From positions 25,668,001 to 25,732,000 of the forward strand of contig OX597819.1 in assembly GCA_951406725.2 (NCBI GenBank): 64,000 nucleotides of DNA, read 5' to 3'. Below, piece by piece: positions 26,011 through 41,267 of this stretch. The notes below the pieces were generated by a model. It had not been told where the DNA came from. It made no database searches and saw nothing but the letters and a program-made list of their open reading frames with translations. A program made the position numbers and the translations under genes. The DNA comes from Octopus vulgaris (lineage: Eukaryota). Position 1 is the first letter of the stretch. Each line of letters begins with the position of its first letter.

Positions 26011-26432
26011 TACGTGGAGGTGCAATTGTATGGTAAAAAGCTTGCTTCCCAACCACATGGCTCCGGCTTTAGTCCCACTGCGTGGTGCCTCTGCCAAGTG
26101 TCTTCTATTATGGCCGCAGTACGGTCAAAGCGTTGTGACTGGATTTCGTATACGGAAACTAAAGGCCCCATCAAATATATATGCGTGTCAAATATATATG
26201 TGTGTGCGTATGTGTATGTGTGTGTGTGTCTTTGCGTCTGTGTTTGTCCCCACCACCGCCTTAGAACCGATATTGGTGTGTTTATATCCCCGTAACTTAG
26301 CGGTTAGGCAAAAGAAACTCATAGAGTTAGTAATAGGCTAAAAAAATATCTTCTGAGGTCGACTTGTTTGACTAAATTCCCCAGCATGAATGAAACAAGT
26401 TAAATTCCCCAGATGAATGAAACAAGTTAAAG
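26011..26432 (+). mobile_element. SINE family A (diverged; 27-28-bp tandem duplication at the 3' end)
   Basis: Homology; TAAATTCCCCAG(C)ATGAATGAAACAAGT occurs twice. Confidence 0.85.
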
Positions 26433-27097
26433 ATTATTTTTGTGAGTATGAGAGGATATTCCTAGCTATTCGAGTGAGAGAGAGACGGGGGAGGAAAGAG
26501 AGAAAGAAAAGAGATGAGAAAAAGAGAGAGGGAAAGAAAGTAAAAGAAAGAGGGAGACAAAGGAGGTGAGAGAGAACGAGAACGAGGAGAAAGAGATGGA
26601 GATGGAAAGAGAGAGGAGAGAGAAAGAGAGAAAGAGTGCTTTTCATTGGTAGTTCTCGAAAGATCGAAATGCAAGGCTGACCTCGGCAATATTTGAACAC
26701 AGCGTGTAGTGAGTGCAACACAAAACAAAACAAAACAAAAAAAAAATAAAAAAATAAAAACAACGGAAGACCTGCCTGACTTTGTTATTGTCATTAATGT
26801 TTATGGCCAGGTCAGTCGTGAGTGAACCCATGAAGAATGATATTTCAGCAAGCGAGCCATAGTTACCGATAAATTTTCTTCCATCATTGCGTAGTGGGAA
26901 TTACATTCTTCTATCTGTGGAAGTTTACCTTGTCGATCTTAGTGAGATTTTTGCTCTTATTTCTAGCAATTAGCCGACCACATTACAATCTCCGAAATTT
27001 CCTTTCTGGTTGTCTGGCTTGATGACTTATATAATCGACCACATACATATTCCACAGAACAGTTAACGTGGTGTAAATTAAAGTAATCTAATATAAT

Positions 27098-27517
27098 CTT
27101 TTCAAACTCCACCCATCTAACACGTACAAACAATAAATCTGAGCACCTTTTCAAACTCCACCCATCTAACACCCGTTGACATATTTACAAAGTCAGAAAA
27201 CAGCATAGCTCCCATGCGTTCAGGAAACTTTTTTTCACGCTGAGAGTTGCTGAAGCATTGAACAAACTGCCGGCATCAGTTGTTAGTTGTCGGAGCACTG
27301 CATCCTTCAAATCTTCCATGCTTTCTGAGATTCGCCGACACTACACCTGATTTTCTCCCCTCCATACACACACAAGCATGTATCTGACTCATACATTGTT
27401 CGCTTTCCAGACATTTTTACATTACTGCATGTACTTTATATGCACTTTCTGACAAGTTGTGGTGCACCTGAGCACTGTATACAATAATTTCATTATTATT
27501 ATTATTATTATTATTAT
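27098..27517 (+). mobile_element. CR1-like LINE 3' end
   Basis: Decayed SEHLFKLHPSNTR.HIYKVRKQ..FFTLRVAEA.NKLPASVV...SFK ORF2 C-terminus, 3' UTR and (ATT)n tail. Confidence 0.85.
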
Positions 27518-27754
27518 AACAAAATGCACTGATAAGCAGAGAGAAGAGATAAGGGAATTTATGAAATATAGTATTAATTTTAAACAATTTTCTGATTTAA
27601 AATTCTACGATGATCTACTTTGCGCATCACCAATACTTGGCTATTTAGATAAACTGCGCGAAACATTATAACGCAGACGATTTAGCAGAATACATGCCAC
27701 ATTCCCAGCAGTGTTAAAATTACACTCGGCTAGTCAGTGGAAATCAATGTTAAT

Positions 27755-27755
<1 letters not shown>

Positions 27756-27831
<76 letters not shown>

Positions 27832-27862
27832 TACATAGATAGATACATACATAGTTAGATAA

Positions 27863-27895
<33 letters not shown>

Positions 27896-27907
27896 TATAT
27901 ATATATA

Positions 27908-27963
<56 letters not shown>

Positions 27964-27975
27964 ATATATGTATGT

Positions 27976-28023
<48 letters not shown>

Positions 28024-28033
28024 GTATATATAT
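27756..28033. repeat. Compound (TA)n/(GA)n/(CA)n microsatellite
   Basis: Seen directly. Confidence 0.95.
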
Positions 28034-28527
28034 AAACCTTCTGATAATAATTCTCATTCTATGTCTTCCGAGATTAACATGACAGAAGAACTGAAGCACA
28101 CATTTCCTGAACAGCGCAACAATGATTACACGTTAGAGACAGGCTTTCGAAAAGACACCATTGTGTCTCGTACTTGTAAAAGTAACTCTGGTCATTCATA
28201 CGGCCATGCATAAGCATGATGATGAGTTTTATATTCCAGTGAGACGTGAAAATTTCGTGTTCATGTAATGTATCTCATACAATTCATATGTAATATAATA
28301 TAATACACTATAATATATCATATCACATAATACATGTGTGTGTGTGAATGTATATATACATTGTATATATATATATATATGTCTGTATGTGTGCGCCTGT
28401 ATATGCCTGTGAGCGTGTATTTATGTTAGTGTATCCGGTAGTGGTGTGTTCAAAATATTTCACTGATTTATTACGGGCGAAGTCACGTTCAATAATAATA
28501 TTGATGATAATAATAATAATAATAATG

Positions 28528-28591
<64 letters not shown>

Positions 28592-28593
<2 letters not shown>

Positions 28594-28925
28594 GTAATAG
28601 TTCTCATATCGACAATGCTCTTCTCAATACGTGTGATGTACCAGTTAAGACAATCTTTTGTAACATCCCTGCAAGAAGTGCAAAAGATTGTCGTAACTGG
28701 TACATCACACGTATTGAGAAGAGCATTGTCGATGTGAGAACTATTACTACCCATGTATTTTAATTTACCCATGTATTTTAATTTAACTTTATTTCTATCA
28801 AAAAAAAAAAATGAACGAACTAGTGAGTTTAGTTTAATGGCCTACGAATGTATACTATGAGTTTCTTTGCCCTAAGAGTCGGGAAGACACTCGGCAAGAA
28901 ATGGAAGCAAATTTGCAATAATAAT
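28592..28925 (+). mobile_element. R4/Dong-like (RLE-type) LINE 3' end with inverted 5' segment, within (TAA)n
   Basis: SLQEVQKIVVTGTSHVLRRALSM* C-terminus; 28592-28661 is the reverse complement of 28680-28750; (AAT)n on both sides. Confidence 0.75.
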
Positions 28926-28936
28926 TTCAAATTTGA

Positions 28937-29004
<68 letters not shown>

Positions 29005-29153
29005 TAATAATAATAATAATGACACTATTAATGTTCTGAGTGCTTTGCCCTTTGAATACTCAATAACTTTATGAATTTCAAATCACTGTATTTTAAGTAA
29101 ACACACGAACTCACAACACACACACATACACACACATACATACACACACTTAC

Positions 29154-29199
<46 letters not shown>

Positions 29200-29785
29200 G
29201 TAAGATCACAAAGGACAGTTCAAACTTTTTGGGGAATCCAAAAAGAGAGAAAAGGTGATTTCAAATAAGGATTCAATATATTCATGAAAGACAGACAAAA
29301 CAATTATAATTTTAATCACCACAATTTAAATTTTCTCTGAAATTTTTTGCATTGTTTTTCGAAACGTACGTATACACTGAATCCAGTTTTATAATAAATC
29401 TATATCTGTTTCAACATCTTCTGTCCATTTTTTCATACTTGTTTATGGAATACTCTTATATCTATAACGAATCTTCTCAAATATGTATATATATATATGT
29501 ATGTATGCATGTATGTATGCATGTATGTATGTATGTATGTATGTATGTATGTATGTATGTATGTATGTATGTATGTACGTATGTATGTATGTATGTTTGT
29601 ATGTACGTATATTTATGCGTACACAAATATCAATACTAACAATATAATAGCGAAATAATTTTTATATAATTAATGGATTCTGATATTTTGGGATATTAAC
29701 CTCATTATGGATGCGTGAAACTGAGATGAAAGATTATATATTTATGCATATATTCAGTAGAAACATATATGTTAGGTGTGTAATT

Positions 29786-29969
29786 CAGGAGAGGCAGTGT
29801 GGTAAGCAGCCAGCTTACCAACGACATGGTTCTGGATTCAATTCCATTGCGTGGCACCTTGGGAAAGTGTCTTTTACTTTCTAGTATAGTCTCGGGCCGA
29901 CCAAAGTATTGTGAGTGGATTTGGTAGACGGAAACTGAAAGAAGCCCGTCAGATATATATATATATGTA

Positions 29970-30021
<52 letters not shown>

Positions 30022-30289
30022 CATATATATATACATACATATATGTGTGTGTATTATACATGTACATGTGAGCTTTTGTGTGTCTGTGTTTATACCCCCA
30101 GCATCGTTGGACAACCGGTGTCGGTGTGTTTACGTCCCCGTACACTAGTGGTTCGGCTTAAGGTCTCGATAGAATAAGTACAAAGCTTATAAAGAATAAG
30201 ACCTAAGGTCGATTTGTTAGACTAAAGGTGGTGCTCTAGCATGGCCGCAGTCAAATGACTGAGACAGATAAAAGATTAAAAGAATAAAA

Positions 30290-30292
<3 letters not shown>
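29786..30292 (+). mobile_element. SINE family A
   Basis: Homology to other family A copies. Confidence 0.9.
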
Positions 30293-30343
<51 letters not shown>

Positions 30344-30378
30344 TCTTTTATTCTCTTAGTCTTTTATCTGTCTCAGTC

Positions 30379-30472
<94 letters not shown>

Positions 30473-30474
<2 letters not shown>

Positions 30475-30789
30475 GTATATATTTTACGGAGATGTACTTG
30501 CATAGCAAGTGATTTGATCTGAGATCGTGTGTTGAAAGGAAAACAATTGCAGCGTGGAAGGTGTTTGCAAGCCATTTAAGAAACACACAAAAGTTGTTCG
30601 ATTCACTTCAACATTCAAGTTTAATTTGTCAAAATATTTTCGTCGCTTTAAGACCGCAACCTGTTCACTGACAAAAATCCATGCTGCATCTCAAAAAATA
30701 TTTTGACAAATTAAACTTGTTGAAGTGAATCGAACGGCTTTTGTGTGTTTCTTAAATGGCTTACAAACACCTTCCACGCTGCAATTGTA
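30473..30789. mobile_element. PLE pseudo-LTR remnant with ~95-bp inverted arms in (TA)n
   Basis: 30543-30640 is inverted at ~30695-30788. Confidence 0.8.
30625..30675 (-). ncRNA. Type I hammerhead variant (G3-C8)
   Basis: TTTGTCA-GTGAACA-G-GTTGC(GGTCTTAAA)GCGAC-GAAA-ATAT-TT-TGACAAA. Confidence 0.65.
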
Positions 30790-30803
30790 TATGTATATAT
30801 ATT

Positions 30804-30853
<50 letters not shown>

Positions 30854-31216
30854 TATGGTCAATTCAAAATAAACTAACAATTCAAATAAACGGATAAATA
30901 ATGAAAAAGACGAAGAAAACCAACGAACGTGAGGACGTAAACAAGAAGTATATTAGCTTGGCGCTCGAAGTTTCGGGCATTGCTCACAGTCGGAACGGAG
31001 AAAAGTCCAAAGTAGGAGAAGAAATCTCCAACGGGCCACATGTATGTATGTATGTATGTATGCATGCATGCATGTATGTATGTATGTATGTACGTACGTA
31101 CGTATGTATGTATGTATATATGTGTATGTATGTGTATGTATGTACGTGTTGTTGAGAGATAAATATTGTATAAGTATTTTTATGTAAAAGTATATTAATT
31201 AAAATGGAATATAAAG

Positions 31217-31287
<71 letters not shown>

Positions 31288-31293
<6 letters not shown>

Positions 31294-31600
31294 GGTTTCG
31301 TCAGTGAATAGAACGTAACTCAAATCTAACGTCGTGTACTTTTGGACCCATTGAAGCGTCAACCTCATGTGTGGAGGCAGTTTCATGGGTTCTCGTACGG
31401 AGCCATGATCTCGAGGATGCGATTTCTGGTGGTTTTCGGTATATGAGGAAGTAGACAGACGGTGAAGGTGGTTTTGCCTGTTTGTCCAGGTTTTCAACGT
31501 AACTTGCAGTCCATATTCCTTCAATTCTCCAAGACAGTTGTCACTGTGTTGGAGGTCCCACAATCAAATCCTTTCTTCCTTGGCGCTCATGTAGTTAAAT
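31288..31600 (-). mobile_element. Tc1-like transposase fragment
   Basis: ...HMRLTLQWVQKY...VLFTDETR, carrying the first catalytic D motif; truncated by (CTAT)n. Confidence 0.75.
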
Positions 31601-31954
31601 AATACATTATATCAATAGATGTTGTAAGATTATAATGGTTTGTTATAATATTATACCGCTGTTAAATATATACTCAATATATACTTAATATGTATTATTA
31701 CCCTTCATTTTCTGAAAAAATTATGTCGAGATCGGCTATTTTCATTTAAAAGTTATCAGCGTGGTTCGCTCAAAATTTGAAGAATCTGAAATTAAAGAAA
31801 GAAGGTTACACAGAATAATGAAAACATAATAATCGTGTTGTCATGATGTGCAAACCAAAAGTTTTATCAAAATCGATTCACAGGAGACTGAGAAATCCTA
31901 AATTTTACTCCTGGTTCTGGGTGAAAATTTAAGTGAGCTGAGGTAAATATCGAA

Positions 31955-32340
31955 AGTGTAAACTTAACACTCTGATTTCAAATACAGCCAAGTTCATCTT
32001 TGCCTATCATCCTAAAGGGGTTGATAAAACAAGCACCTGTTGAACACTAGATTCGATGTAATTGAGGTGCACACACACATACAAAATCCTAGGTCTTGTG
32101 CCTATTGTAGAAAGTGGGATTGTTTCATACTTCGTCAGAAGGAGGGCAATTTCGTGGCAGGGTTTTAGTCGAAAACACCGACCCCAGTCTTTAACTGGCA
32201 TTTATTTTGTCGACTCCGAAATAATGAAAGGCAAAGTCAACATTGACAGAATTTGAATTCAGAAGGCAAAGACGGTCGAATTGCCGCAAAGCAGTTTGTC
32301 CAGCTGACTAAAGATTCTGTCAGATCGCTAACGATTCTCT
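31955..32340. mobile_element. Two degenerate family C SINEs, tail to tail
   Basis: TTTGCCTATCATCCTAAAGGGGTTGATAAA (+) and ATGAAAGGCAAAGTCAAC..AATTTGAATTCAGAA (-). Confidence 0.7.
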
Positions 32341-32546
32341 CTTAAATAGTAGAAAAAATATTGCTATGCTATCACAATTGCAGACTGCAAATTTTAAAAA
32401 AATATATTATTCGTAGTAAAAACATCTTCTTTTCATAATGGAGTGTATAGCATATTGGTGGATTTGGATACAATAACTCAATGAACCATGTACAGTAGCT
32501 GCTGCACACAAGAATGAATTCTAAATGAAGTTTTAATAATAATAAT

Positions 32547-32621
<75 letters not shown>

Positions 32622-32728
32622 CTCATGCATACATACATAGACAGGCTTACATAAATGGTTATTTAATAGATTTGTGTAGTCGATAGTATAAGCATGTACT
32701 GAAGAAGAACAGAGATAATGTTAAATAA

Positions 32729-32807
<79 letters not shown>

Positions 32808-33303
32808 CATATAAATATGTGTGTATATATATAATATATATAGACATATATACATATATATATATGTATATAAATAAACATATATACATACAAACCCACA
32901 CACACACTCGCACACACATACACAGACACACATATATATATACATATATACACACGCGCAATCGCGCGCGCACACATATAAGACGATGTAGTAATTTTGC
33001 GGCGAGCTTATTGTCCATAAAAGTAAAAATGCAATATAACTGAAATACATTTAATACATTAAATATTTATTCGGTTGAATTAACAAGACCTCTCCACTTA
33101 TATTAATGGGAAGTAAGTAGGACATTTATCCACATTTCTATTCGAAACTTTCAACTTTTTATTCGTTTTATTTTAGCATTTTTGAATATATTATCACCAA
33201 ATAATAACGTATAGAAAGTGAAATTTACCGTATATACAAGTATATTTAAGAGTTCGTGCTGTTATATATGCGTATGTGTATGAAAGCCTGTAAGTGTGTA
33301 TAA

Positions 33304-33398
<95 letters not shown>

Positions 33399-34199
33399 TA
33401 CGCACACATACATGCTTATATATACAAATATTCAAGAAAAGTATTTTTAGTAATTTCAAAGTCACTCTTAAAATGTTCCTTGTCAAAATGTATCCTATTC
33501 TTTCCTGGAACTCAAACCTAGCACTCTATGAATCATTATGCATACACACAAGCTTTTATATACATGAATACATACAAAGGAAAGCTATGAACGTATTTTT
33601 GCTTTTCCAACAAATATCAAGAGTTTAAATATCAAATAAGATTACGTATATTTTTGATCAAGAAACCGATATTAACAAAATAATGAGATATGAAAAACAT
33701 ATTAAGGATATCTGAATAAGGTATCAAGCTATATGAGTTTTGTTGCTGCTACAAGTTTTAATCATTTATCACATTGGGAGACGAACTGACAGATATAGAT
33801 AAACATTTAAACATATAGATGGCGAAGTTGAAATATTCATAGATAGGAACATAAATATACTATTGACTTTATTTAATTATATTAGCTAACCCATAACATA
33901 TACTTGTATAATTTTTATTGAACTTTTATGAGCACTGTAGTCAGAAAGTGATATTGTTCAGAGGGTATGTGCTTCAATGAGTATACAAAACACTATTGAG
34001 AAGATGCATCTTGAACAATTTATATTAATTCTACTTCCCCACTGAGGAAAATGTAACAAGCCCTGGTTATTTCCCATTTATTCTTTTTAAAAATATGCAA
34101 CAAAACTACGACGAAACCACAGAAAAACATTTACAGATCTTATTGCATGCGGCAAACATCCTAGAAAGTTTAAAAAATGGTAATGTAAGATCCACGTAG

Positions 34200-34680
34200 T
34201 TAAAAAGAAACTGATCACGTCCCTACAAGAAAACAGCTTGATCATTGACGTGCATCACAACTCTCATACACGAAGGAGCTGCCACACATCGCTAAAACCA
34301 AATCATCTAGATGTCGATGTAATATATCTCGACTTTGTAAAGGCCTTCGCTAAAGCTGAATACATAAGGATTAGATACGAACTGCGGGGACGTTGGTATA
34401 GTTGGAAATCTAGCGAAGATGTGCTTATCCTTTTAAAAGCAAAGAATCAAGGAGCTGTGACCACCAGTGTTCTCTCCGACGTCAGATGACTTCAGCTACT
34501 CTCATTGACTTTGCTGAAGAGATAAAAATATCAGAGGCACTCATATATCCTGATGATAATACAATTCTGCAGAATGACCTGAATGCAATATTCAAGGATG
34601 TTCAAGGTATCAGCATGTTCAAAACCGAAAATTTGCAAGTAATCTATGATCAGTTCTCGAGTAGATTGTAATCACAATAT
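34200..34680 (+). mobile_element. Decayed CR1-like reverse transcriptase fragment
   Basis: VDVIYLDFVKAF and FAEEIKI...ILQNDLNAI, resembling YLDFxKAFD and FADDTKI...LQxDL. Confidence 0.75.
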
Positions 34681-36183
34681 ATGTATTTATGTACTAGTAT
34701 TAGTTTCATGTGCTGAGAGGATGTCAAACAGTGCTTTTTAACACGTCTGGTGTCCTAGCATAATCATCAGATACTTGCTCCCATGTGTTTACTAAATAAT
34801 ATATATACATACTTACATGCGTATATATATAAGCGTATATGGATACAGGACGTCACCAACAGTAAACAACGAGAGAAACAAAAAACAGAAAACAGGACAG
34901 GTAACATGTGAGTTGTCGGCTGTGTAGCTACTTCTCATTTCGAGCAATGACCGACAATATGAGTCTTCGAAGACAGTACCAAAATATAATTTGGGATCTA
35001 TGGAGGGTCAAAGTTGGGTACACAAATAGAACGCTAGAGGCTTGCAAGGAAACCGAACGAAAACAAGCATGGAGGATCGTTAGAGCAGAACGAGGTTAAA
35101 ATAGCGAACGCTGGAAAAATATTTTCTTTGACAAGAGAAAAGATACAGAGAGATAGGATAAGTCCAGTCATAAGGACAGTCCTGAAAGAAAAGGTGATCT
35201 CGTGAACTAAAGAAAGATGGACGAAGGTTATATATATATATATATATATATATTAAATATAAACATGAAATCTATATGAGAATTTATCAAGTAGTTAGCG
35301 TGCAAAAAGAGTTAAGGGATAAATTTATACAAAATATATAATTACTCTCTTTAAATACATTTATTATATTAAGGGCATTTGTACACGTAATGCCTCAGGC
35401 TATAAGGGACTGTGAAAATCAAAACTACATTAATAAATATATGGTGTACCAACAGCGATGGAATGCAACTGGTAACACGCACACGCTCACACACACACAC
35501 AACCGGAATACACACACAATGTGTATTCTCGACATCTAGGCTCCAAGTTTCATGTCATAACATAATTGCATTCGTGTTTTGTTTGTCGTTTCTTTATTTA
35601 TATCGTAATCTCAACGCATATCTTGCGAGACACTTTACAGATAGAAACTACATAGTTGGCCGTCATATGCATTGTACATGTAATTGAAATTGCTCTGCCG
35701 CATACCTTATCACATTGATTTGACATGAGATTTACGCATTAAGGATATACATATCTGAGAAATGGTCAATCTTTAGCGCATTAAAACTGAAGTGGGTAAC
35801 TCACTTAAGAGAACAACTAAATCCTCGTTACGAAACCGATCAAGAACCATAACAATATGTGTGCGCATGCTTGTGTGTGCATGTGTGTGTGATTGTGTGT
35901 GAATATCTACATGCATGTTTGCAAGTAAGCATACATATATCCATCGTAAATATGAGTGCTTGTGTGTGTGTCAGTGAGTGCATGTGTGAGTGTATGTGAG
36001 TGTATGCGTTTGTGTGTGAGTGTGTGTGTGTGTTTGTGCGTACAGTGTCGTTTTTTCTTCTGATTACCACTCCTTGTTTAATCCACATAGGTATATCTTT
36101 TCTCTACCAAGAAACAAAAATCACATGTATGCATACACGCACGTCTGTCTGTCTATCTATCTATCTATATATCTATCTATCTA

Positions 36184-36255
<72 letters not shown>

Positions 36256-36599
36256 TATATATACATATATACATATATATATATATCTGTATATATGATT
36301 GCATATGAATTAAATACCCCCCACACACGCACCTAATACCTTTAGCTCATTAAAGAGACATTCGGTTCAGTTAACAAGACATCTGCAATTCCATTAACGG
36401 AAATATTTATAGTTGAATTTTCATTCGCTCTTATTACCCATAATTCTTTTTGATCACCAGGAGTATAATAATTTTTATCTTTCATACTTTTTATTTTCTT
36501 TCATCAAATTACGCACTGAAGTAAATATTGTTCGAATGTTTGACGTAATCGTTGTAAAAATACGTAGACCTAAAAGTCTGTTATATATATAAATAATAT

Positions 36600-36819
36600 T
36601 TTAGTAGTATCAATCAGTGGATTGAGGTGATGGTGGGACATTGATTAGAAGGTTTTTAGACGAAAGAATAGATCTCAGTAATTATCTTTTTGAAAGCCTG
36701 GTTCTTATTCTATCGGTCTCTTTTCCCGAACCAGTAGGTGTGGAGTGCAAAAAGCAAAAAGACACATTTATAGTTACAAATCTATCTACTTATCTATCTA
36801 TCCATCCTTCCATTCATCC

Positions 36820-36856
<37 letters not shown>

Positions 36857-36857
36857 C

Positions 36858-36931
<74 letters not shown>

Positions 36932-37165
36932 CTTTTTCCTTGCCTCTCTTTCTTTATACACAAACACACTCAGACACACATATGTATCTATATATATATA
37001 TCTGACGGGCTTCTTCCAGGTTCCGTTGATCAAATCCTCTCACAAGACGTTGGTCAACCCGGGTATACAGGACAAGATATTTGCACAAGAAGCTACGCAA
37101 GCAGACTGAACCATTAAATGTAATTGAACAGTAGCAATTTTCTTACCAAAGGCCCCTGCTGCACT
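36600..37165 (-). mobile_element. Old SINE family A with expanded (TCTA)n
   Basis: Diverged body and head homology. Confidence 0.7.
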
Positions 37166-37285
37166 TATATATATATATATACATATTTAGAGTTTTTAAC
37201 TCTTATCTCTAACAACTGCTTCGGCACGGTCAGTCACATTAAGTAACAATAAAATTTTTCCCTCACGATATTATATTGCGCCTAT

Positions 37286-37461
<176 letters not shown>

Positions 37462-37709
37462 ATATGCATGTATGTGTAGGTGTGTGTGTATGTAGTGTGC
37501 GTATGTAAGTATGCATGGGTATATCTATGCATTTATGCGTGTGAAGGTGATTATTTCACGGAACTGTAAAGAATCTGCCATACAGTAATCACTTCGTCTA
37601 CGCACTCTGAGTTTCAATCGCTCACAGATCGATTTTGACTTTTATTCTTTCATTCTTTTATTCTTTTGGAATCGGTAAACAAGTACCATATTGTACTAGA
37701 ATATGTTCT

Positions 37710-37749
<40 letters not shown>

Positions 37750-37966
37750 CCTCATTAGCTTTCACTCTCCTTCTCCCACTCTCTCTCTCTCTCACTCATT
37801 CTTTCCCTCACACTTTATCTCTTTGTCTTTCTTTCGGAGAAATAATCCGCTGTAGTCACATCCAGAATGTGATGTTCCATCAAATTTGAAAATGGCCATT
37901 ACACATTATTTATAGCAAAAGAGTATCTTACTACTCTATCAAGCGGTTGAGGTACCTAAGTAAAAC

Positions 37967-38021
<55 letters not shown>

Positions 38022-38302
38022 CATACAAATAAACGAATAAAAATACATACATGTATACTACGTTAGTCTTTCTCAAACAATGTGATAAATTGTGCATATG
38101 TTGCTTTTAGAGTTAAATGTGGTTTATAGCAGTGCAAAAGAGTATTATCAAATAAATTATGAGACATCAGAAACAGAAACAAAAATACCAGTATATGATA
38201 ACAGACGGTATGGATTTTGCATTTGGTTTTAATGCTATGTTTACTTATGAAGTGAATGATATAGACAAGGCAGTTAGGTAGACAGATAGATTGTAAGGTG
38301 GA

Positions 38303-38964
<662 letters not shown>

Positions 38965-41267
38965 ATATTTAGTTAAAACAATCCAACAAATATCTCTCAA
39001 CTGCGTCTTGTTGCTCGATAAATTGCTACAGTTCAATGGTTTCGTGAGCAATTTTTTTTATTTATATATTTAACATCAGGTTGTTTTACTTGTGTGTTTG
39101 TTACCACACCGTTATCAATAGCCAGAGACTGTCAGTATATATATATTTTCAAACATCGAACTCTTTCCGGATATTCAGGCTGGGATTCATTACCTTTTTT
39201 TCAGTAAGATTTTCAATGCTGTATGTGTTGCACATCTTGGTTTCTTTTGGGACACAATATTGAGTGATATGGATTTATAGAAACGCGCCGAAATCCTATT
39301 ATGAAGTTTTCTTATGTAGAGCTTTGTCTGTTATCAATGTCAGTTTCCAAACATACCGACCAAGCAGTTTCTTAGAGGGTTCGTTTCTTTTATGTCTGTA
39401 GGGGTATGAGAGTGTTGTTGCTTTGTTGCTGTTGCTTGGCAGGTAGATTATAAGAATAAGACCTCGCCTTATGAGAGCTAAGCCGAGAGATTAGAAAGAA
39501 AGTATTTGAATGAATGTATCGTACAGAACATCAAAACATTATGATATTTGTATTCATATATTAAAGCTGTGATTTTCAAGCTGATAATCATCAGGCTCCA
39601 CTCACCAAAATTTTGCTCAACCTCTCGTTTAATTATAAGACAAAACAACGTCTGTATGCGTATAATTCTGTTTTTCTCACTATGAAATTTTACACCATTA
39701 ACAGTTAAAAACTTTCTCAATTTCATTAAACACTGCTGTTTGTCAGTGATCTTTTTCAATACTTGCAGCCCTCCACACGTCAATAGATCCAGGCCACTAC
39801 TGGAAGAAACGGGTGTCAATGCTATTATATACTCACTGTTCTGTCCTGTAAATTCTTCTGGAGAAAGCTAGTATTTGAATAGTACAGGTGTAATTGATAT
39901 TTTTCTGCTAATCAACCACACAGTTAACCACTAGTATAAGCCTTTGATATCAATCTAAAAAATATCAAATATCTTAAAGCTTTTATTTGAGAAATCTATG
40001 ATATACAATGACTACTTAATTCGCCACCTGGTAGATATACATGGAAGGGAATTTATTTGACATCTGAGAAAATATTATTAGTATGGTAATTATGACTTAT
40101 TTGACGTCTGATAATGTGTTATTAGAATGATAATTGGAACATGTCAGTCCATTTCATCGTAAGTCCTAGTTAAATTAAACAACATTGATTAAATTTGTCT
40201 ACCGTAACTTGCTTTGTTGATTATAGATTCAACACTCCGCAATCAATATTTTTTAGATTTCTATTTGTAAAATTAAGTGTTAACGTGTGAAGCGGTCGTC
40301 TTGTGAGTGTCTTAATACTAGTATAACACTGTTTACTTACATAATCACATTATGTCATATTGATAAACTTTGTTTTTATTGATATTATTTCTGCTACTGT
40401 TAGCTGTTAAAAAGATTACCTATAATCAAATGCGTTCCATATGCCGCCATTACGTTTTGCGTTTATTACATTATTAAGAGTGACTTTATAGAAATGAATA
40501 GGAATCGATGTGAGGGATATTTGGTTGCTATTTCTTAAAGGTAAACAGCCATGTAGAAGCTCTAATGTTACCACATAGTCAACGAAAAGTTATAATGTGA
40601 TTATTGATGTTCACATCAATATATGTAAGATAAGAATGGACACGACTTCATTCACTGATCGAATGAGTGAAATTTTGTAATCTTGGCTTTCTAAACTCAT
40701 CAATTGCTTTACAGCATTCCGTCTTTCAAATGTAGAAATAGTGATTTGTTACTGAAGTCCACAAATACGTTGTGCAGGGGCGAGTCGAGAATATTCTATT
40801 GCTCTTTCCATTTTGTGTCAGGTTTTTACAATACATTCTCTCTCTCGCTTTCTTTCAATACTTTCCTATCAATACCTATAGTTCACACGTGATTTCACAA
40901 CCCCCACTCACTGGTTTCTCTCCTCTTCCCGGCAAATAACCGCCACCTCCCTAAGGTTTTGTTTTGGATGCTTGTGAGTGTCTGAAATTTCTGTAACCAG
41001 GAGTTCTTTCGTTTTTAGGATCAGAAGATTAGTCCAAAGTCCAAACTTGAAATCCTGGTTTTCTGTCGGGCTTGGTTTTCTTTGTACGATCAGGCGATTT
41101 CCTCTCATTTACGAGCTCCATCTGACCAGGATTGGAACTCAGACTTTCCATCTAGTAGAAACATTTATGAAACCCCATACCAACCAGCTTAGTTGGTGAC
41201 TTTTTAAAAAAGGCTGAGAGAATTAGTGGTGTAATATTGCCCCGGTCATTTGCGCCCATTTTGCGTT

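Noticed and set aside
26776-26815. miRNA precursor
   Set aside because: The stem is too short and mismatched, and I recognise no known miRNA.
39270-39480. Second PLE endonuclease or hammerhead remnant
   Set aside because: Only LGRYVWKL and a GAAACGCG fragment are visible; too decayed to call.
40900-41220. Possible LINE 5'/endonuclease fragment
   Set aside because: Only a vague motif resemblance; not supportable without a search.
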